Shown here: positions 1 to 13,431 of the stretch, piece after piece
Layout: the number at the start of each line of letters is the position of its first letter
Numbering within the stretch: the first letter of the stretch is position 1
NCBI GenBank assembly: GCA_002269645.1
Contig: NIVC01003811.1
Coordinates: 1-64,000, forward strand
DNA from: Macrostomum lignano
Lineage: Eukaryota
Direction: 5' to 3'
DNA: 64,000 bases
Notes under the pieces: model-generated
Seen by the model: the letters and a program-made list of their open reading frames with translations, nothing else
Databases searched by the model: none
What the model was told of the DNA's origin: nothing
Program-made: the position numbers and the translations under genes

Positions 1-49
1 TTTGAATAGTTTCTAATTGCGTTTTGAAAGTTTTTTTAACATCAGAAAG

Positions 50-1255
50 TCTCACAAACTACAGAAACTCCACAAACTAAACAGAAACTCTCACAAACTA
101 AAAAGAAAACTCTCACAAACTAAACAGAAACTCTCACAAACTAAACAGAACTCTCACAAACTAAACAGAAACTCTCACAAACTAAACAGAAACTCTCACA
201 AACTAAACAGAAATCTCACAAACTAAACAGAAACTCTCACAAAACTAGACAGAAAACTCTCATAAACTAGACAGAAACTCTCATAAACTAGACAGAAACT
301 CTCACAAACTAAACAGAAACACTCACAAACTAAACAGAAACTCCCACAAACTAGACAGAAACTCCCACAAACTAGACAGAAACTCTCACAAACTACACAG
401 AAACTCTCACAAACTAAACAGAAACTCTCACAAACTAAACAGAAACTCTCACAAACTACAAAAAACTCTCACAACCTAAACAGAAACTCTCACAAACTAC
501 AAAAACTCTCACAAACTACAAAAACTCTCACAAACTACAGAAACTCTCACAAACTACAAAAACTCTCACAAACTACAAAAACTCTCACAAACTACAGAAA
601 CTCTCACATGCTACAAAAACTCTCAACAAACTACAAAAACTCTCACAAACTACAGAAACTCTCACAAACTACAAAAACTCTCACAAACTACAGAAACTCT
701 CACAAACTACAAAAACTCTCACAACCTAAACAGAAACTCTCACAAACTACAAAAACTCTCACAAACTACAAAAAACTCTCACAACCTAAACAGAAACTCT
801 CACAAACTACAAAAACTCTCACAAACTACAAAAACTCTCACAAACTACAGAAACTCTCACAAACTACAAAAACTCTCACAAACTACAAAAACTCTCACAA
901 ACTACAGAAACTCTCACATGCTACAAAAACTCTCACAAACTACAAAAACTCTCACAAACTACAGAAACTCTCACAAACTACAAAACTCTCACAAACTACA
1001 GAAACTCTCACAAACTACAAAAACTCTCACAACCTAAACAGAAACTCTCACAAACTACAAAAACTCTCACAAACTACAGAAACTATCACAAGCTACAAAA
1101 ACTCTCACAAACTACAAAAACTCTCACAAACTACAGAAACTCTCACAAACTACAAAAACTCTCACAAACTACAGAAACTCTCACAAGCTACAAAAACTCT
1201 CACAAACTACAAAAACTCTCACAAACTACAGAAACTCTCACAAACTACAAAAACT
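50..1255. repeat. Minisatellite, ~19-20 bp unit CTCACAAACTA(C/A)A(G/A)AAACT
   Basis: Directly visible tandem array; ORFs 17..226 and 608..1315 are its translations. Confidence 0.95.
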
Positions 1256-2103
1256 ACTACTGAGCAGTGGAGCTCAGAGCCTGCAAACTGTAACCCAACT
1301 AGCAAAACCTGTTAAGCCGTAAAACTCAGGAAAGTTTTAAATAATCCTTCACCAGGGTTTGATGCATTTTCAACTCAACAGCATCAATTTATCATCGAAT
1401 CTGAGCAGGAGTTTCCTAGAAAGCTCCCTTAATCCGTCTCAGTGTGCATTGAGCTGGAGCTTGGATCATGAGGATTAACTGAAAACTCTACGATTCGAAG
1501 AAAAACTTCTCAAAGATTCCCAACTAGAAAAATTCAACAAATACCTCAACAGTCTGCTGTCAGTAGTAAAAAAAGAATAATAACGACGATTTTATTACTC
1601 GTAGTTAATTGTAAAAAATCGAAATAAAGAATTTCTCTGACAGCGAAAATTAATTATAATGCTGCTGAATTAAAGCAGAAAAACACCTGCATAAAAAAGT
1701 GTTTTTTGTCAAAAAAGAAAAACATATTTTGATGCTCGCGTGCACCCAGTAGGCAGCAAGCAGATGATCAGGAGAGGCCTAAAAGCTCACCACAGTCTGA
1801 ATAACGAAGTTATCCCAGTCAATATAGATCAGAGGTAGAGCAAAGGGCCGCTGAGGCGTGTTACAAAGCGAGGCGACGTGGCGTTTTGAGTTTTTGCTTC
1901 GAGCTGCTCCACAAATTCGACCAGGCAAGGCGGGAGGAAGACTGAGAATAGAGAGACAAGCTGCGAGCTGAGTCTCTCTCTTCCCCATGGTCTGTTGACA
2001 AATAAACTGACGAATTGCGAGTGGCGAATCTCTACTAAAAAGGCCATACCGTCGCTTGTGGATTCCTTAGCTACACGCCTCTCGAACAAGGGACATCACA
2101 GAC

Positions 2104-5100
2104 ATGCACGGCAGACCAACTGGACTCTTGACTCTTTGTTCCATCATAGTCTTTGTAGCCAGCAGATGCAGCGAATGCTCTGCGTTCAATCAGTCCACTT
2201 GGACTGACGAACAAAGACTTCTGCATCGAATATTGTCCTCGTACGATCCGGCATCCAGGCCGACAATTCATGCTGGCAAAACTGTTGAAGTTCGATTCCA
2301 GATAGCCATGGTGCAGATCTCTCAGCTGGTGAGTTTGGTTTATCCTCCCTGATTCCCCATCTATCACCACCCCAGCAGGAGCGCTCGAACCCAGGCCTGG
2401 TCGGGTTAAACCGGACGAACAGAGACTGATGGAGGCGATGATGCAGCGTTACGACGCCTCCGTTCGTCCGGTGATCAACGCGTCCGATCAGGTCACGGTG
2501 ACGTTCGGCTTCGCACTGATCCTCATCACGGATATGGTTTGCCATACCTGCAGTCATTTATCAAGATTTTTTATACCTTAATTATCTAACTTGAAAGCAA
2601 CTGAAAGCTTCTGAATAATATTATCCATTATTGTTTTCTTTCTGTTTCAGGACGAGGTCAACCAGGTTCTAACGACAAACGTTTGGCTTGAACAGGTTGG
2701 CTTGAAATGTACTTTTAGAAATGAGCGATCCGTCATAGCACTGACTTAAAGTCCTTGAAGACATTCTGATAATCACATATCACATATCGCGGTGTATCTT
2801 AAGAAAATTGCAGTATAATAGAGACACTAAAAGCGATTTATCTTAGAAATAAGTTTGAGACCACTGTGTGCATAGCAGAGTGTGTTAAACTGGGTAGCAA
2901 CAGTCTATGGCCAGCCCTGCTGACCAACCCAAAAGCTGGGCAGCGATAGTCTATGGCCAGCCCTGCTGACCAACCCAAAAGCTGGGCAGCGATAGTCTAT
3001 GGCCAGCCCTGCTGACCAACCCAAAAGCTGGGCAGCGATAGTCTATGGCCAGCCCTGCTGACCAGCCCAAAACTGGGCAGCGATAGTCTATGGCCAGCCC
3101 TGCTGACCAACCCAGACTGCAAGCTTAAAAATCCACAGATTATTTTTTCGACCTCCCTAGCAACACTGCTGCTGTCATCTTAGCAGTAATATATGGTTGG
3201 TCAGAGGGGGACTAAGACGATTTTATCATGGTTTGGTGACCATAAGATAAATTATAAATATTTAATAAAACATCTTGCACTTTCCAACTATAGGCGGCAA
3301 AAAAGGCATTGACAGATAAAAAGAAGAAAAGTTTTATCCTTAAAGAGAAGCATGATTGCTTTCTATAACTTCTCTCGCAGAATTCGATTCTGCAACTCAA
3401 TTTTCTAGAGAGAATGAAATGTATAAACATGTACTTTTTGTCTATGCAGAACCTAATGATTGCTAATGTGCATAGGCTTAGGGAATTTCGTGTTCCTATT
3501 AGGGGAGCAGCTGGGATGCGAGACTGCCCGATCTGCTCTGTCGCTGTTCGAGTTTAGCGAGTGCTTCACCGCCGCCGCCACTTCACTTGAGAATCCAGCT
3601 GCCTAAAAGAGATGAAGGAGCGGCTTTTGAAGGGATTGAGTCGTGACTTACAAACAGTTCGAAAGTTCGATCTTCGAATCTTTAAAGTTTGGAAACTTGA
3701 AAACTGAATGAAACTTAAGGTTGATTTTTTTACCTTGGATTCATGAAGTCATAAAATCGATTGTTAGGATTCAAATTAGATGTGTCAGTAGCGCTTAAGT
3801 AGATGTGTCAGTAGTGCTTAAGTAGATGTGTCAGTAGTGCTTAAGTAGATGTGTCAGTAGTGCTTAAGTAGATGTGTCAGTAGTGCTTAATTAGATGTGT
3901 CAGTAGTGCTTAATTAGATGTGTCAGTAGTGCTTAAGTAGATGTGTCAGTAGTGCTTAAGTAGATGTGTCAGTAGTGCTTAAGTAGATGTGTCAGTAGTG
4001 CTTAAGTAGATGTGTCAGTAGTGCTTAAGTAGATGTGTCAGTAGTGCTTAATTAGATGTGTCAGTAGTGCTTAATTAGATGTGTCAGTAGTGCTTAAGTA
4101 GATGTGTCAGTAGTGCTTAAGTAGATGTGTCAGTAGTGCTTAAGTAGATGTGTCAGTAGTGCTTAAGTAGATGTGTCAGTAGTGCTTAAGTAGATGTGTC
4201 AGTAGTGCTTAAGTAGATGTGTCAGTAGTGCTTAATTAGATGTGTCAGTAGTGCTTAATTAGATGTGTCAGTAGTGCTTAAGTAGATGTGTCAGTAGTGC
4301 TTAATTAGATGTGTCAGTAGCGCTTAAGTAGATGTGTCAGTAGTGCTTAAGTAGATGTGTCAGTAGTGCTTAAGTAGATGTGTCAGTAGTGCTTAATTAG
4401 ATGTGTCAGTAGTGCTTAATTAGATGTGTCAGTAGTGCTTAATTAGATGTGTCAGTAGTGCTTAATTAGATGTGTCAGCAGTGCTTAAGTAGATGTGTCA
4501 GTATGTGTCCGTCAAAACACAGAATTGAATTTTACTGTATGTCCTGACATATCCTAAGAATCAATTACTGATTATCACAAATTAAACATAGAGACCTGTC
4601 CACCTGTCAATCAAAACAGGAGTGGCACGACGAGCGGCTGCACTGGGACCCGAAGGACTACAACGGTTTGGAGGTGCTGCGAGTGCCATGTCAGAAAATC
4701 TGGCTGCCTGACATTGTGCTGTACAACAGGTGACATAGTGATTCTACAGACACTGACACACTGATTCTACAGGCACTGACATACTGATTCTACTGACACT
4801 GACACACTGATTCTACAGACACTGACACACTGATTCTACAGGCACTGACACACTGATTCTACAGACACTGACACACTGATTCTACAGACACTGACACACT
4901 GATTCTACAGACACTGACACACTGATTCTACAGACACTGACACACTGATTCTACTGACACTGACACACTGATTCTACAGACACTGACACACTGATTCTAC
5001 AGACACTGACACACTGATTCTACAGGCACTGACACACTGATTCTACAGACACTGACACACTGATTCTACAGACACTGACACACTGATTCTACAGACACTG

Positions 5101-8100
5101 ACACACTGATTCTACTGACACTGACACACTGATTCTACAGACACTGACACACTGATTCTACAGACACTGACACACTGATTCTACAGGCACTGACACACTG
5201 ATTCTACAGACACTGACACACTGATTCTACAGACACTGACACACTGATTCTACAGGCACTGACACACTGATTCTACAGACACTGACACACTGATTCTACA
5301 GACACTGACACACTGATTCTACAGACACTGACACACTGATTCTACAGACACTGACACACTGATTCTACAGACACTGACACACTGATTCTACTGACACTGA
5401 CACACTGATTCTACAGACACTGACACACTGATTCTACAGACACTGACACACTGATTCTACAGGCACTGACACACTGATTCTACAGACACTGACACACTGA
5501 TTCTACAGACACTGACACACTGATTCTACAGACACTGACACACTGATTCTACTGACACTGACACACTGATTCTACAGGCACTGACACACTGATTCTACAG
5601 ACACTGACACACTGATTCTACAGTCACTGACACATCAAAGTCAACCGTGACCCCCAACCCCTACACCTGACGCAGTGCTGATGACTTCACCACAGGCTAC
5701 ATGCAGAGCAAGGCGATGGTGGACGCGAACGGCACCGTGTTTTGGCCCCCACCCGCCAAGCTGCGATCCACCTGCAAGATCGACATCACGTATTTCCCGT
5801 TTGACGATCAGATTTGCACCATGAAGTTCGGCTCGTGGACCTACGATGGTTATCAAGTGAACATCACCAAGAAGTTGGTTAGATCTTCTGTTCAACCATC
5901 GAGAAATTTTTATTTAAATCACGTGACATCTTGACAACACTTTCAGGCGCGAGGAAGTGGACTTTCAAAATTATGTTCAAAGCGGAGAGTGGAATCTGAT
6001 TCGAATCGATGTGGAACGGCAGGAGGTGAGATCAGTGACCTGGATTTGGAACCTAAGGAAATTGATGTGGAACCTTAAGAAGTAGATATGGAACCTTGGG
6101 AAGTAGATATGGAACTGATGGAAATAGACATGGAACTGATGGAAATAGACATGGAACTGATGGAAATAGATATGGAACTGATGGAAACAGATATGGAGCT
6201 GATGGAAATAAACATGGAACTGATGGAAATAGATATGGAACTGATGGAAATAGACATGGAACTGATGGAAATAGACATGGAACTGATGGAAATAGACATG
6301 GAACTGATGGAAAAAGACATGGAACTGATGGAAATAGACATGGAACTGATGGAAATGGACTTGGAACTGATGGAAATAGACACGGAACTGATGGAAATAG
6401 ACATGGAACTGATGGAAATAGACACGGAACTGATGGAAATAGATATGGAACTGGAGTGAAATACTGCAATAAATCTATTCGAAACACCAGGGTACTTCGT
6501 TAGGAGTCTTACATGTTAGCAAGTATTGACGCGTATCTCGTAATTTTATTTAGTTTGACTAAACAAGGCCAACAAAAGGTATAAGTTTACAGAGCCTAGT
6601 AAACTTATTAACGCCCGAGTACCCCAGGGAATGGCAGTGGGCAGTCCAGCGGCCGCCCAAGTCTCTTTAATCAAATTTCTGCCTGGGAAGGCTGCTGCTG
6701 CAGCGGCCGAGCTCTCAATATTTGTGAAGTAGAATTTTGTCTGGACCGCTCCAGATGGTGTCGAGTGAGAGCAGAGCAGATCATGAACTTGATAGGAGCC
6801 TTGGAGCCTTGAGCAAAAGGTTCAATAAGTCTGCTTTGAGTTCTGTTACTGCATTGCAAAGTTGTTCAGCTCGGATGCTTGTTGATCTAGTCTAATTTCC
6901 GGTCTGCTAAGGATCTATTCTCATCGATCGGGGGCTAATCTCAGCTGTATCAGACAAATCTAATCTCAGCGAAATCTAATCTGAGCTGTCTCAGGCAAAA
7001 TCTAATCTCAGCTGTCTCAGACTAAATCTAATTTCAGCTGTATCAGGCTAAATCTAGTCTCAGCTAAATCTAATGTCAGCTGTCTCAGGCTAAATCTAAT
7101 CTCAGCTGTCTCACCTAAATCTAATTTAAGCTGTCTCACCTAAATCTAATCTCAGCTGTCTCAGGCTAAATCTAATCTCAGCTGTCTCAGGCTAAATCTA
7201 ATCTCAGCTGTCTCAGGCTAAATCTAATCTCAGCTGTCTCAGGCTAAATCTAATCTCAGCTGTCTCAGGCTAAATCTAATCTCAGCTGTCTCAGGCTAAA
7301 TCTAATCTCAGCTGTCTCAGGCTAAATCTAATATCAGCTAAATCTAATCTCAGCTAAATCTAATCTCAGCTGTCTCAGGCTAAATCTAATCTCAGCTGTC
7401 TCAGGCTAAATCTAATCTCAGCTAAATCTAATCTCAGCTGTCTCAGGCTAAATCTAATCTCAGGTGTCTCAGTTAAATCTAACCCAAATGTCACCAGCCA
7501 ATAAATAAAAAGCTCTACCTCTCCAAAACCATTCCAGACCGTCTACCCCATCAGCCCGGTGCCCTACCCGGACATCAAGTTCCACATAGTGATCCGCAGG
7601 CGCACCCTGTACTACCTGTTCAACATCATCTTCCCCTGCCTGTGGCTCACGGTACTCAGCCTGCTGGGATTCTGGTTGCCACCCGACTCCGGGGAGAAGA
7701 TCACACTGGGCATCACAGTGCTGCTGGCCTTCTCAGTCTTCATGCTGCTCATCGCTGAGAACATGCCGGCCACTAGCGAGTTCGTGCCGCTTATTGGTGA
7801 GCGACCCACCTTAGTGTGAATTAATGGCTTGAGTGAACGTGAAGTTCTTCTATTAATCAGCTGACTTATAGTGCTATGAAATTTGTGATTGTTTTGAAAA
7901 TCTACATGTACTTCCTTGTGTGAATCTGTTTTATTTGTGAGTTGGAAACTTGTGTGAACAAGATAGTTGTCTAAACACTGTAGCTGTGTGAACAATACAG
8001 CTGTGTGAATAAGATGTTAGTGTGAATAAGATAACTTCGTGATTCATATATATGATTCTATAAAACCATTAACAATTGTGTAAATCAAGTTTTTCACTAG

Positions 8101-8878
8101 CAGCAATACTCTGTCACAGTGTAAAATACTCAATATAATATCAACACACGCAGGCATCTACCTGACGGTGACCATGTCCACCACATCGCTGTCAATCGTG
8201 CTGACGGTATTCGTGCTCCATCTGCACCACATCGGGCCGAACGACAAACCGGTGCCGCCAAGGCTGAAGCATTTCTTCTTCAACCTGGCAGCCCGGATGC
8301 TCTGCATGAGTTCGGTCACTCGCTACCAAAAACGCGCCCGAAAAAGGCGTCAAAAGTTCGACGAGTGCCGCCAGCAGCAGCAACAGCCGGAAGAGGTCGA
8401 ACTACTCGGCACCTCGACATCGCCACAACCAGCAGTAGCTGACCAGCAGCCGAGAAAAGTCGCAGGCAGTCCCGGCAGCTGCAACGGGCAGTTCCTGACG
8501 GCGGCAGACAACGCCATCATGGAGGAGGACAACCGACGCGGCACCATCGCCAACCGGGGAGCCACCGATGACAGCCCGACCGCCTCGGCAGCCACAGCAG
8601 CCGGACCCAGCGGCTTAGCGAGGCCCCAGCAGCAGCAGCAGCAACCGGCTTCTCTGCTGCTCGGACGCAAGTACCAAGAGTACGACCATGTCTACCGGCA
8701 TCTGAGACGCCTCATCAGGCGCCAGGTTGAAGAAGAGGCTGCCCAATTGTTAATTAACGATTGGCGAATGCTGGCCTTCATTGTTGACAGAATGCTGTTC
8801 TGGCTGTTCCTGGTGGCCGCGTTTGGATCCACCATCGTCATCCTGGTCATCATGCCGCTGTTCAAGGAGGTGGCCTAG
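2104..8878 (+). CDS. Nicotinic acetylcholine receptor subunit (Cys-loop LGIC, cation-type, non-alpha). Exons: 2104-2328 (or alternative ~2379-2536), 2651-2695, 4620-4729, 5676-5873, 5947-6025, 7538-7796, 8154-8878
   Basis: GT-AG exons join in frame: signal-peptide-like N-terminus, [46 protein letters not shown], Cys-loop [27 protein letters not shown]1, M2 with [18 protein letters not shown]3, long loop, M4 ([10 protein letters not shown]). Confidence 0.95.
2379..2536 (+). CDS. Second, paralogous N-terminal nAChR exon (candidate mutually exclusive exon)
   Basis: Reads [42 protein letters not shown] and ends in a phase-0 GT donor at 2537, matching the acceptor phase of exon 2651; CAGCAG acceptor at 2373-2378. 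Confidence 0.75.
2890..3115. repeat. Intronic tandem repeat, 46-bp unit, ~4-5 copies
   Basis: GATAGTCTATGGCCAGCCCTGCTGACCAACCCAAAAGCTGGGCAGC repeated. Confidence 0.95.
3776..4508. repeat. Intronic minisatellite, 23-bp unit AGATGTGTCAGTAGTGCTTAAGT
   Basis: Directly visible. Confidence 0.95.
4731..5634. repeat. Intronic minisatellite, 23-bp unit CTGACACACTGATTCTACAGACA
   Basis: Directly visible; fills almost the whole intron, starting at the donor. Confidence 0.95.
6057..6455. repeat. Intronic minisatellite, 21-bp unit ATGGAACTGATGGAAATAGAC
   Basis: Directly visible; the unit is a multiple of 3, hence the spurious ORFs. Confidence 0.95.
6935..7480. repeat. Intronic minisatellite, 26-bp unit TAAATCTAATCTCAGCTGTCTCAGGC
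   Basis: Directly visible. Confidence 0.95.
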
Positions 8879-8929
8879 CAGTGCGAGCAAGCTTAACTTG
8901 AAGTTGGTTTTGTACATGTACCTGTACAT

Positions 8930-9868
8930 GGAGTCTGACAGGCCTGACAGATTGAGGGTTGTGTCTTACAGTGGAGGGTTATGTCTGACAGGTTGGGGAA
9001 TTGTGTCTGACAGGTTGGGTGTTGTGTCTGACAGGTTAGGGGTTGCGTCTGACAGGTGGAGAATTGTGTCTGACAGGCGAGGAATTGTGTCTGACAGGTG
9101 GAGAATTGTGTCTGACAGGTGGAGAATTGTGTCTGACAGGCGGGGAATTGTGTCTGACAGGTGGAGAGTTGTGTCTGACAGGTGGAGAATTGTGTCTGAC
9201 AGGTGGAGAATTGTGTCTGACAGGTGGAGAATTGTGTCTGACAGGCGGGGAATTGTGTCTGACAGGTGGAGAATTGTGTCTGACAGGTGGAGAATTGTGT
9301 CTGACAGGTGGAGAATTGTGTCTGACAGGCGGGGAATTGTGTCTGACAGGTGGAGAGTTGTGTCTGACAGGTGGGAAATTGTGTCTGACAGGTTGAGGAA
9401 TTGTGTCTGACAGGTTGAGGAATTGTGTCTGACAGGTTGAGGAATTGTGTCTGACAGGTTGGGGAATTGTGTCTTACAGGTGGGGGTTGTGTCTGACAGG
9501 TTGGGGAATTGTGTCTTACAGGTTGGGGAATTGTGTCTTACAGGTTGGGGAATTGTGTCTTACAGGTGGGGGTTGTGTCTGACAGGTTGGGGAATTGTGT
9601 CTTACAGGTTGGGGAATTGTGTCTGACAGGTTGGGGAATTGTGTCTTACAGGTGGGGGTTGTGTCTGACAGGTAAAGAATTGTGTCTGACAGGTGGAAGG
9701 TTGTGTCTGACAGGTGGAAGGTTGTGTCTGACAGGTGGGGAATCGTTTGGTGAGGAATTACCTGACAGGTGGGGGTTGTGTCTGACAGGTAAAGAATTGT
9801 GTCTGACAGGTGGAAGCTTGTGTCTGACAGGCGGGGAATCGTTTGGTGAGGAATTACCTGACAGGTAG
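8930..9868. repeat. Minisatellite downstream of the nAChR stop, 21-bp unit CTGACAGGTGGAGAATTGTGT
   Basis: Directly visible. Confidence 0.95.
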
Positions 9869-10424
9869 AGAATGCTGCATCATCCAACATGATGCAGGAA
9901 AACTTGGTCGCATACTGTACGATTGCTTGCTTTGTTGTAAGTTCGTGTGAGCGAAATATAAAACAGACTCAAATTATTGCTTAAACTAGTCGTAATTAAA
10001 GTTAAATTAAAAGTGAATAAAGCTACGCACACTTAGAAGATTGAATAGATTAGAGTATGCGTTAGTTTGGAACCATAATCTTTTTTTTAAATGTCTTTTA
10101 CAGTAACTAGTTAATATATATAATGTAATTTAAAAATAATTCTGATTTATAATTATGCATGCGCATTACACTACTAACACAACTGACTTTAGTAGCACAA
10201 TAAAAATATGAAAAACTTCATGCGTTTAACGTTTGAAAAACAGAAATAGAAACTTTATGATCATTATTACAACTAAAATTAATCAATAAATACGCGATTT
10301 GACCAATTACGATAAGTAACCAAAGCACTTTTAAAAGTGAATGACATGATTCGAAATGTAACATTCCTTTAGCGAATTGGCAGAAGAATTAGGACAATTA
10401 GGAAACCCAAGTAAAGAAATTGCA

Positions 10425-10850
10425 TTCTGGTTGAGGAAATGGCATCCCAATTGAGGAAATGGCATCCCAATTGAGGAAATGGCATCCCAATAAAGGAAAT
10501 GGCATCCCAATTGAGGAAATGGCATCCCAATTGAGGAAATGGCATCCCAATTGAGGAAATGGCATCCCAATAAAGGAAATGGCATCCCAATTGAGGAAAT
10601 GGCATCCCAATTGAGGAAATGGCATCCCAATAAAGGAAATGGCATCCCAATAAAGGAAATGGCATCCCGATTAAGGAAATGGCATCCCAATTGAGAAAAT
10701 GGCATCCCAATTGAGGAAATGGCATCCTAATTAAGGAAATGGCATCCTGACTAAGGAAATGGCGTCTCAATTAAGGAAATGGCATCCTGACTAAGGAAAT
10801 GGCGTCTCAATTCAGGAAATGGCATCCCTATTGAGAAAATGGCATCCCAC
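10425..10850. repeat. Minisatellite, 20-bp unit GAGGAAATGGCATCCCAATT
   Basis: Directly visible, just beyond the MTMR14 stop. Confidence 0.95.
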
Positions 10851-10881
10851 CGGGAAAAAAGGAAAATGGCGCTCTCAAGCC

Positions 10882-13284
10882 TCAGGGCAGCGAGTCGTTA
10901 AACAGTGCCGCAGACAGGACGCCCAGGACGGCCCCGGCAGCAGCGCCAGCCAATGAGACGCTGCGGTCGGAACCAGCAACCTCGCGGCCTGGTTCATCAA
11001 CACCGGCACTGCCCGATGATCGACGCAGCGCCCCGGCGAACATGGCTGACACGCAGCGCAACTTCTCAGCTCTGGTCATGCCGTTGGGATTCGAACAATG
11101 ATCCCCACTACCGCCAGCGATGAGAGGATAATGCGACACCATCGACAGTTCTGGCAGGTCGGCAGCCAGGCCGACAAAGTGGAAGCAATACTCCAGGATT
11201 CTCTGGCCCTTGGCCAGCCTGTCGGGCAGGCGGTGGCCCCACAGGAACCAGTCGTAGCCTAAGCAGAGGCGCAGAATCTCGCTAGGACTGAGGCTCGCAT
11301 GCGCCAGGCCCTCCGACCACAGCAGTAAGCGGATTAGCGAGACGAATAGAGGAGTTCGGTCCCAGCCGCTCAGGCAGTGAAGCAGCAGCCCGCTGCACTG
11401 ACCGTCTGCTGAGGGTGCAGGACGGACAGGGGGTGATGCGGGAAGTGACTGTGGGGTGATGAGGGGAGTAACTGTGGGGTGATGAGCTGAGTGACTGTGG
11501 AGTGATGAGGGGAGTGACAGTGGAGTGATGATGGGAGTGACTGGAGTGATGAGGGGAGTGACTGGAGTGATGAGGGGAGTGACTGGAGTGATGAGGGGAG
11601 TGACAGTGAAGTGATAAGGGGAGTGACAGTGGGGTGATGAGGGGAGTGACAGTGGGGTGATGAGGGGAGTGACTGGAGTGATGAGGGGAGTGACAGTGAA
11701 GTGATAAGGGGAGTGACAGTGGGGTGCTGAGGGGAGTGACAGTGGGGTGATGAGGGGAGTGACAGTGGGGTGATGAGCTGAGTGACAGTGAAGTGATAAG
11801 GGGAGTGACAGTGGGGTGATGAGGGGAGTGACAGTGGGGTGATGAGCTGAGTGACAGTGAAGTGATAAGGGGAGTGACAGTGGTGAGTGATAAGGGAAGT
11901 GACGGTGTGATGAGGGGAGTGACAGTGGTGAGTGATGAGGGAAGTGACGGTGTGATGAGGGGAGTGACAGTGGTGAGTGATGAGGGAAGTGACTGTGTGA
12001 TGAGGGGAGTGACTGATCCCAATATCCCCCAGTCAGCGCCCACTCTGTACCGCCATCTCCGCCGGCGCCCGCCATCTGAGCCAGGCCGCTCTCCGTCAGG
12101 TAGCCCAGCATGATGAGCAGGTAGTTTGCGGTGAGCCTGTCCAGATCCCAGCTGCGGTACTCCTGCCAGGCGATGGCGGCAGCGCAGGCTGGTAGCCGGC
12201 CGTTCAGCCGCAGGGTGGCCGCCTGCCCAGTCCAGTCGTAGCGCAGCGGGGCGCCGTCGACAGCTGGCCAGTTGCTGAAGAAGTCGCAGCCGGGATAGGG
12301 CAGGTGGAGCCGGCGAAAGTCCGCGTAGCTGATGGGAAATTGGGATTTGGACAGGCTCACTCCCGCCCGGCCTTCCTAGCAGCTCTCATATCTAATAGCT
12401 TCCATTCTGATCTAATCTCACAACTACTAGCTTCTATTCTGATCTAATCTCATATCTAATAGCTTCTATTCTGATCTAATCTCATATCTACAAGCTTCTA
12501 TTCTGATCTAATCCCATATCTACAAGCTTCTATTCTGATCTAATCCCATATCTACAAGCTTCTATTCTGATCTAATCCCATATCTACAAGCTTCTATTCT
12601 GATCTAATCCCATATCTACAAGCTTCTATTCTGATCTAATCCCATATCTACAAGCTTCTATTCTGATCTAATCCCATATCTACAAACTTCTATTCAGATC
12701 TAATCTCATACCTACCAGCTCAGCCAGAGCTCGGCAGTCCACAGAGGCACGCGCACTTGTGTGCCGGGCACAAGCAGCGGCCGAGATTCCGTAGTCAAAT
12801 CCACGATATGACTGACACACAGCGAGTCTAACAGAATCTTATCTGACCCGCGAGCCTCCTCGCCAGTCGGCCAGGCGCTCAGAGTGGCCGAACGGCAAAG
12901 GAGGCGGCCCTGACAGATCAAGGCGGGCAGTGGCAGGCGGCCCCGGACTCGAGCCCCAGCCGCTGAGCAGCACAGATCGGAGAGTCGGCGGGGATAGCGA
13001 AACTGCTTCGAAGCAGACGAGGTAAGCAACTTAGTAGCCAGCCCCGTAGGCAGGAAAATCCTTGGCGGATAGGTGGCGCAGACCTGGCCAGATTCATTAT
13101 CCAATGCGGCATCGCATAGCCGATAATCTCGCAATATAATCTGCTCAATACTGCTGCTCAATTGAGCAATGAACTCTGGCCATTCCCCTATTAGCGAGGC
13201 GTTGTACTCAGCTGATTGCATGCGGCTTAGCAGGTGAGTTATAAGCAGGCTCTGCTCATGCTGCTTGGAGTTCACCTGAGCCAT
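10882..13284 (-). CDS. MTMR14: Myotubularin-related protein 14-like (Jumpy/EDTP) phosphoinositide phosphatase. Probable exons 13284-~12757, 12375-12051, ~11408-10882
   Basis: Recognised motifs: DNESGQVCATYPPRI, RGRLPLPALICQGRLLCRSATLS, YADF..LPYPGCDFF, YRSWDL..TANYL, active-site CX5R LLHCLSGWDRTPLFVSL, YDWFLWGH.L.DRL.KG. Exon boundaries inferred from GT/AG phase (first donor uncertain). Confidence 0.9.
11440..12015. repeat. Minisatellite (~20-34 bp variants of GTGGGGTGATGAGGGGAGTGACA) inside MTMR14
   Basis: Directly visible. Confidence 0.95.
12385..12710. repeat. Intronic minisatellite, 32-bp unit AGCTTCTATTCTGATCTAATCCCATATCTACA
   Basis: Directly visible. Confidence 0.95.
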
Positions 13285-13431
13285 CCAAATTATTTGATGC
13301 TATTGATTGATAAGTATAGATATATAAAATGTTGGTATGCAGGAATATTGGCAACAATTGGTTTAAAATTTCTTTCTAAATCCTTTGTAGAAATGCAAAT
13401 TTAACACAGCTAGTAGCCTTCAACCAGTGCA

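Noticed and set aside
17-1315. ORFs 17..226 and 608..1315
   Set aside because: Translations of a minisatellite lacking stops in some frames
6053-6503. Four overlapping ORFs (MELMEID, GTDGNRH, SISISSM, PSVPCLF repeats)
   Set aside because: 21-bp unit inside an nAChR intron; the flanking exons join correctly without it
9043-10770. Repeat ORFs (ELCLTGG; MPFPQLGCHFLNWDAISSIG)
   Set aside because: Minisatellite translations between two convergent genes
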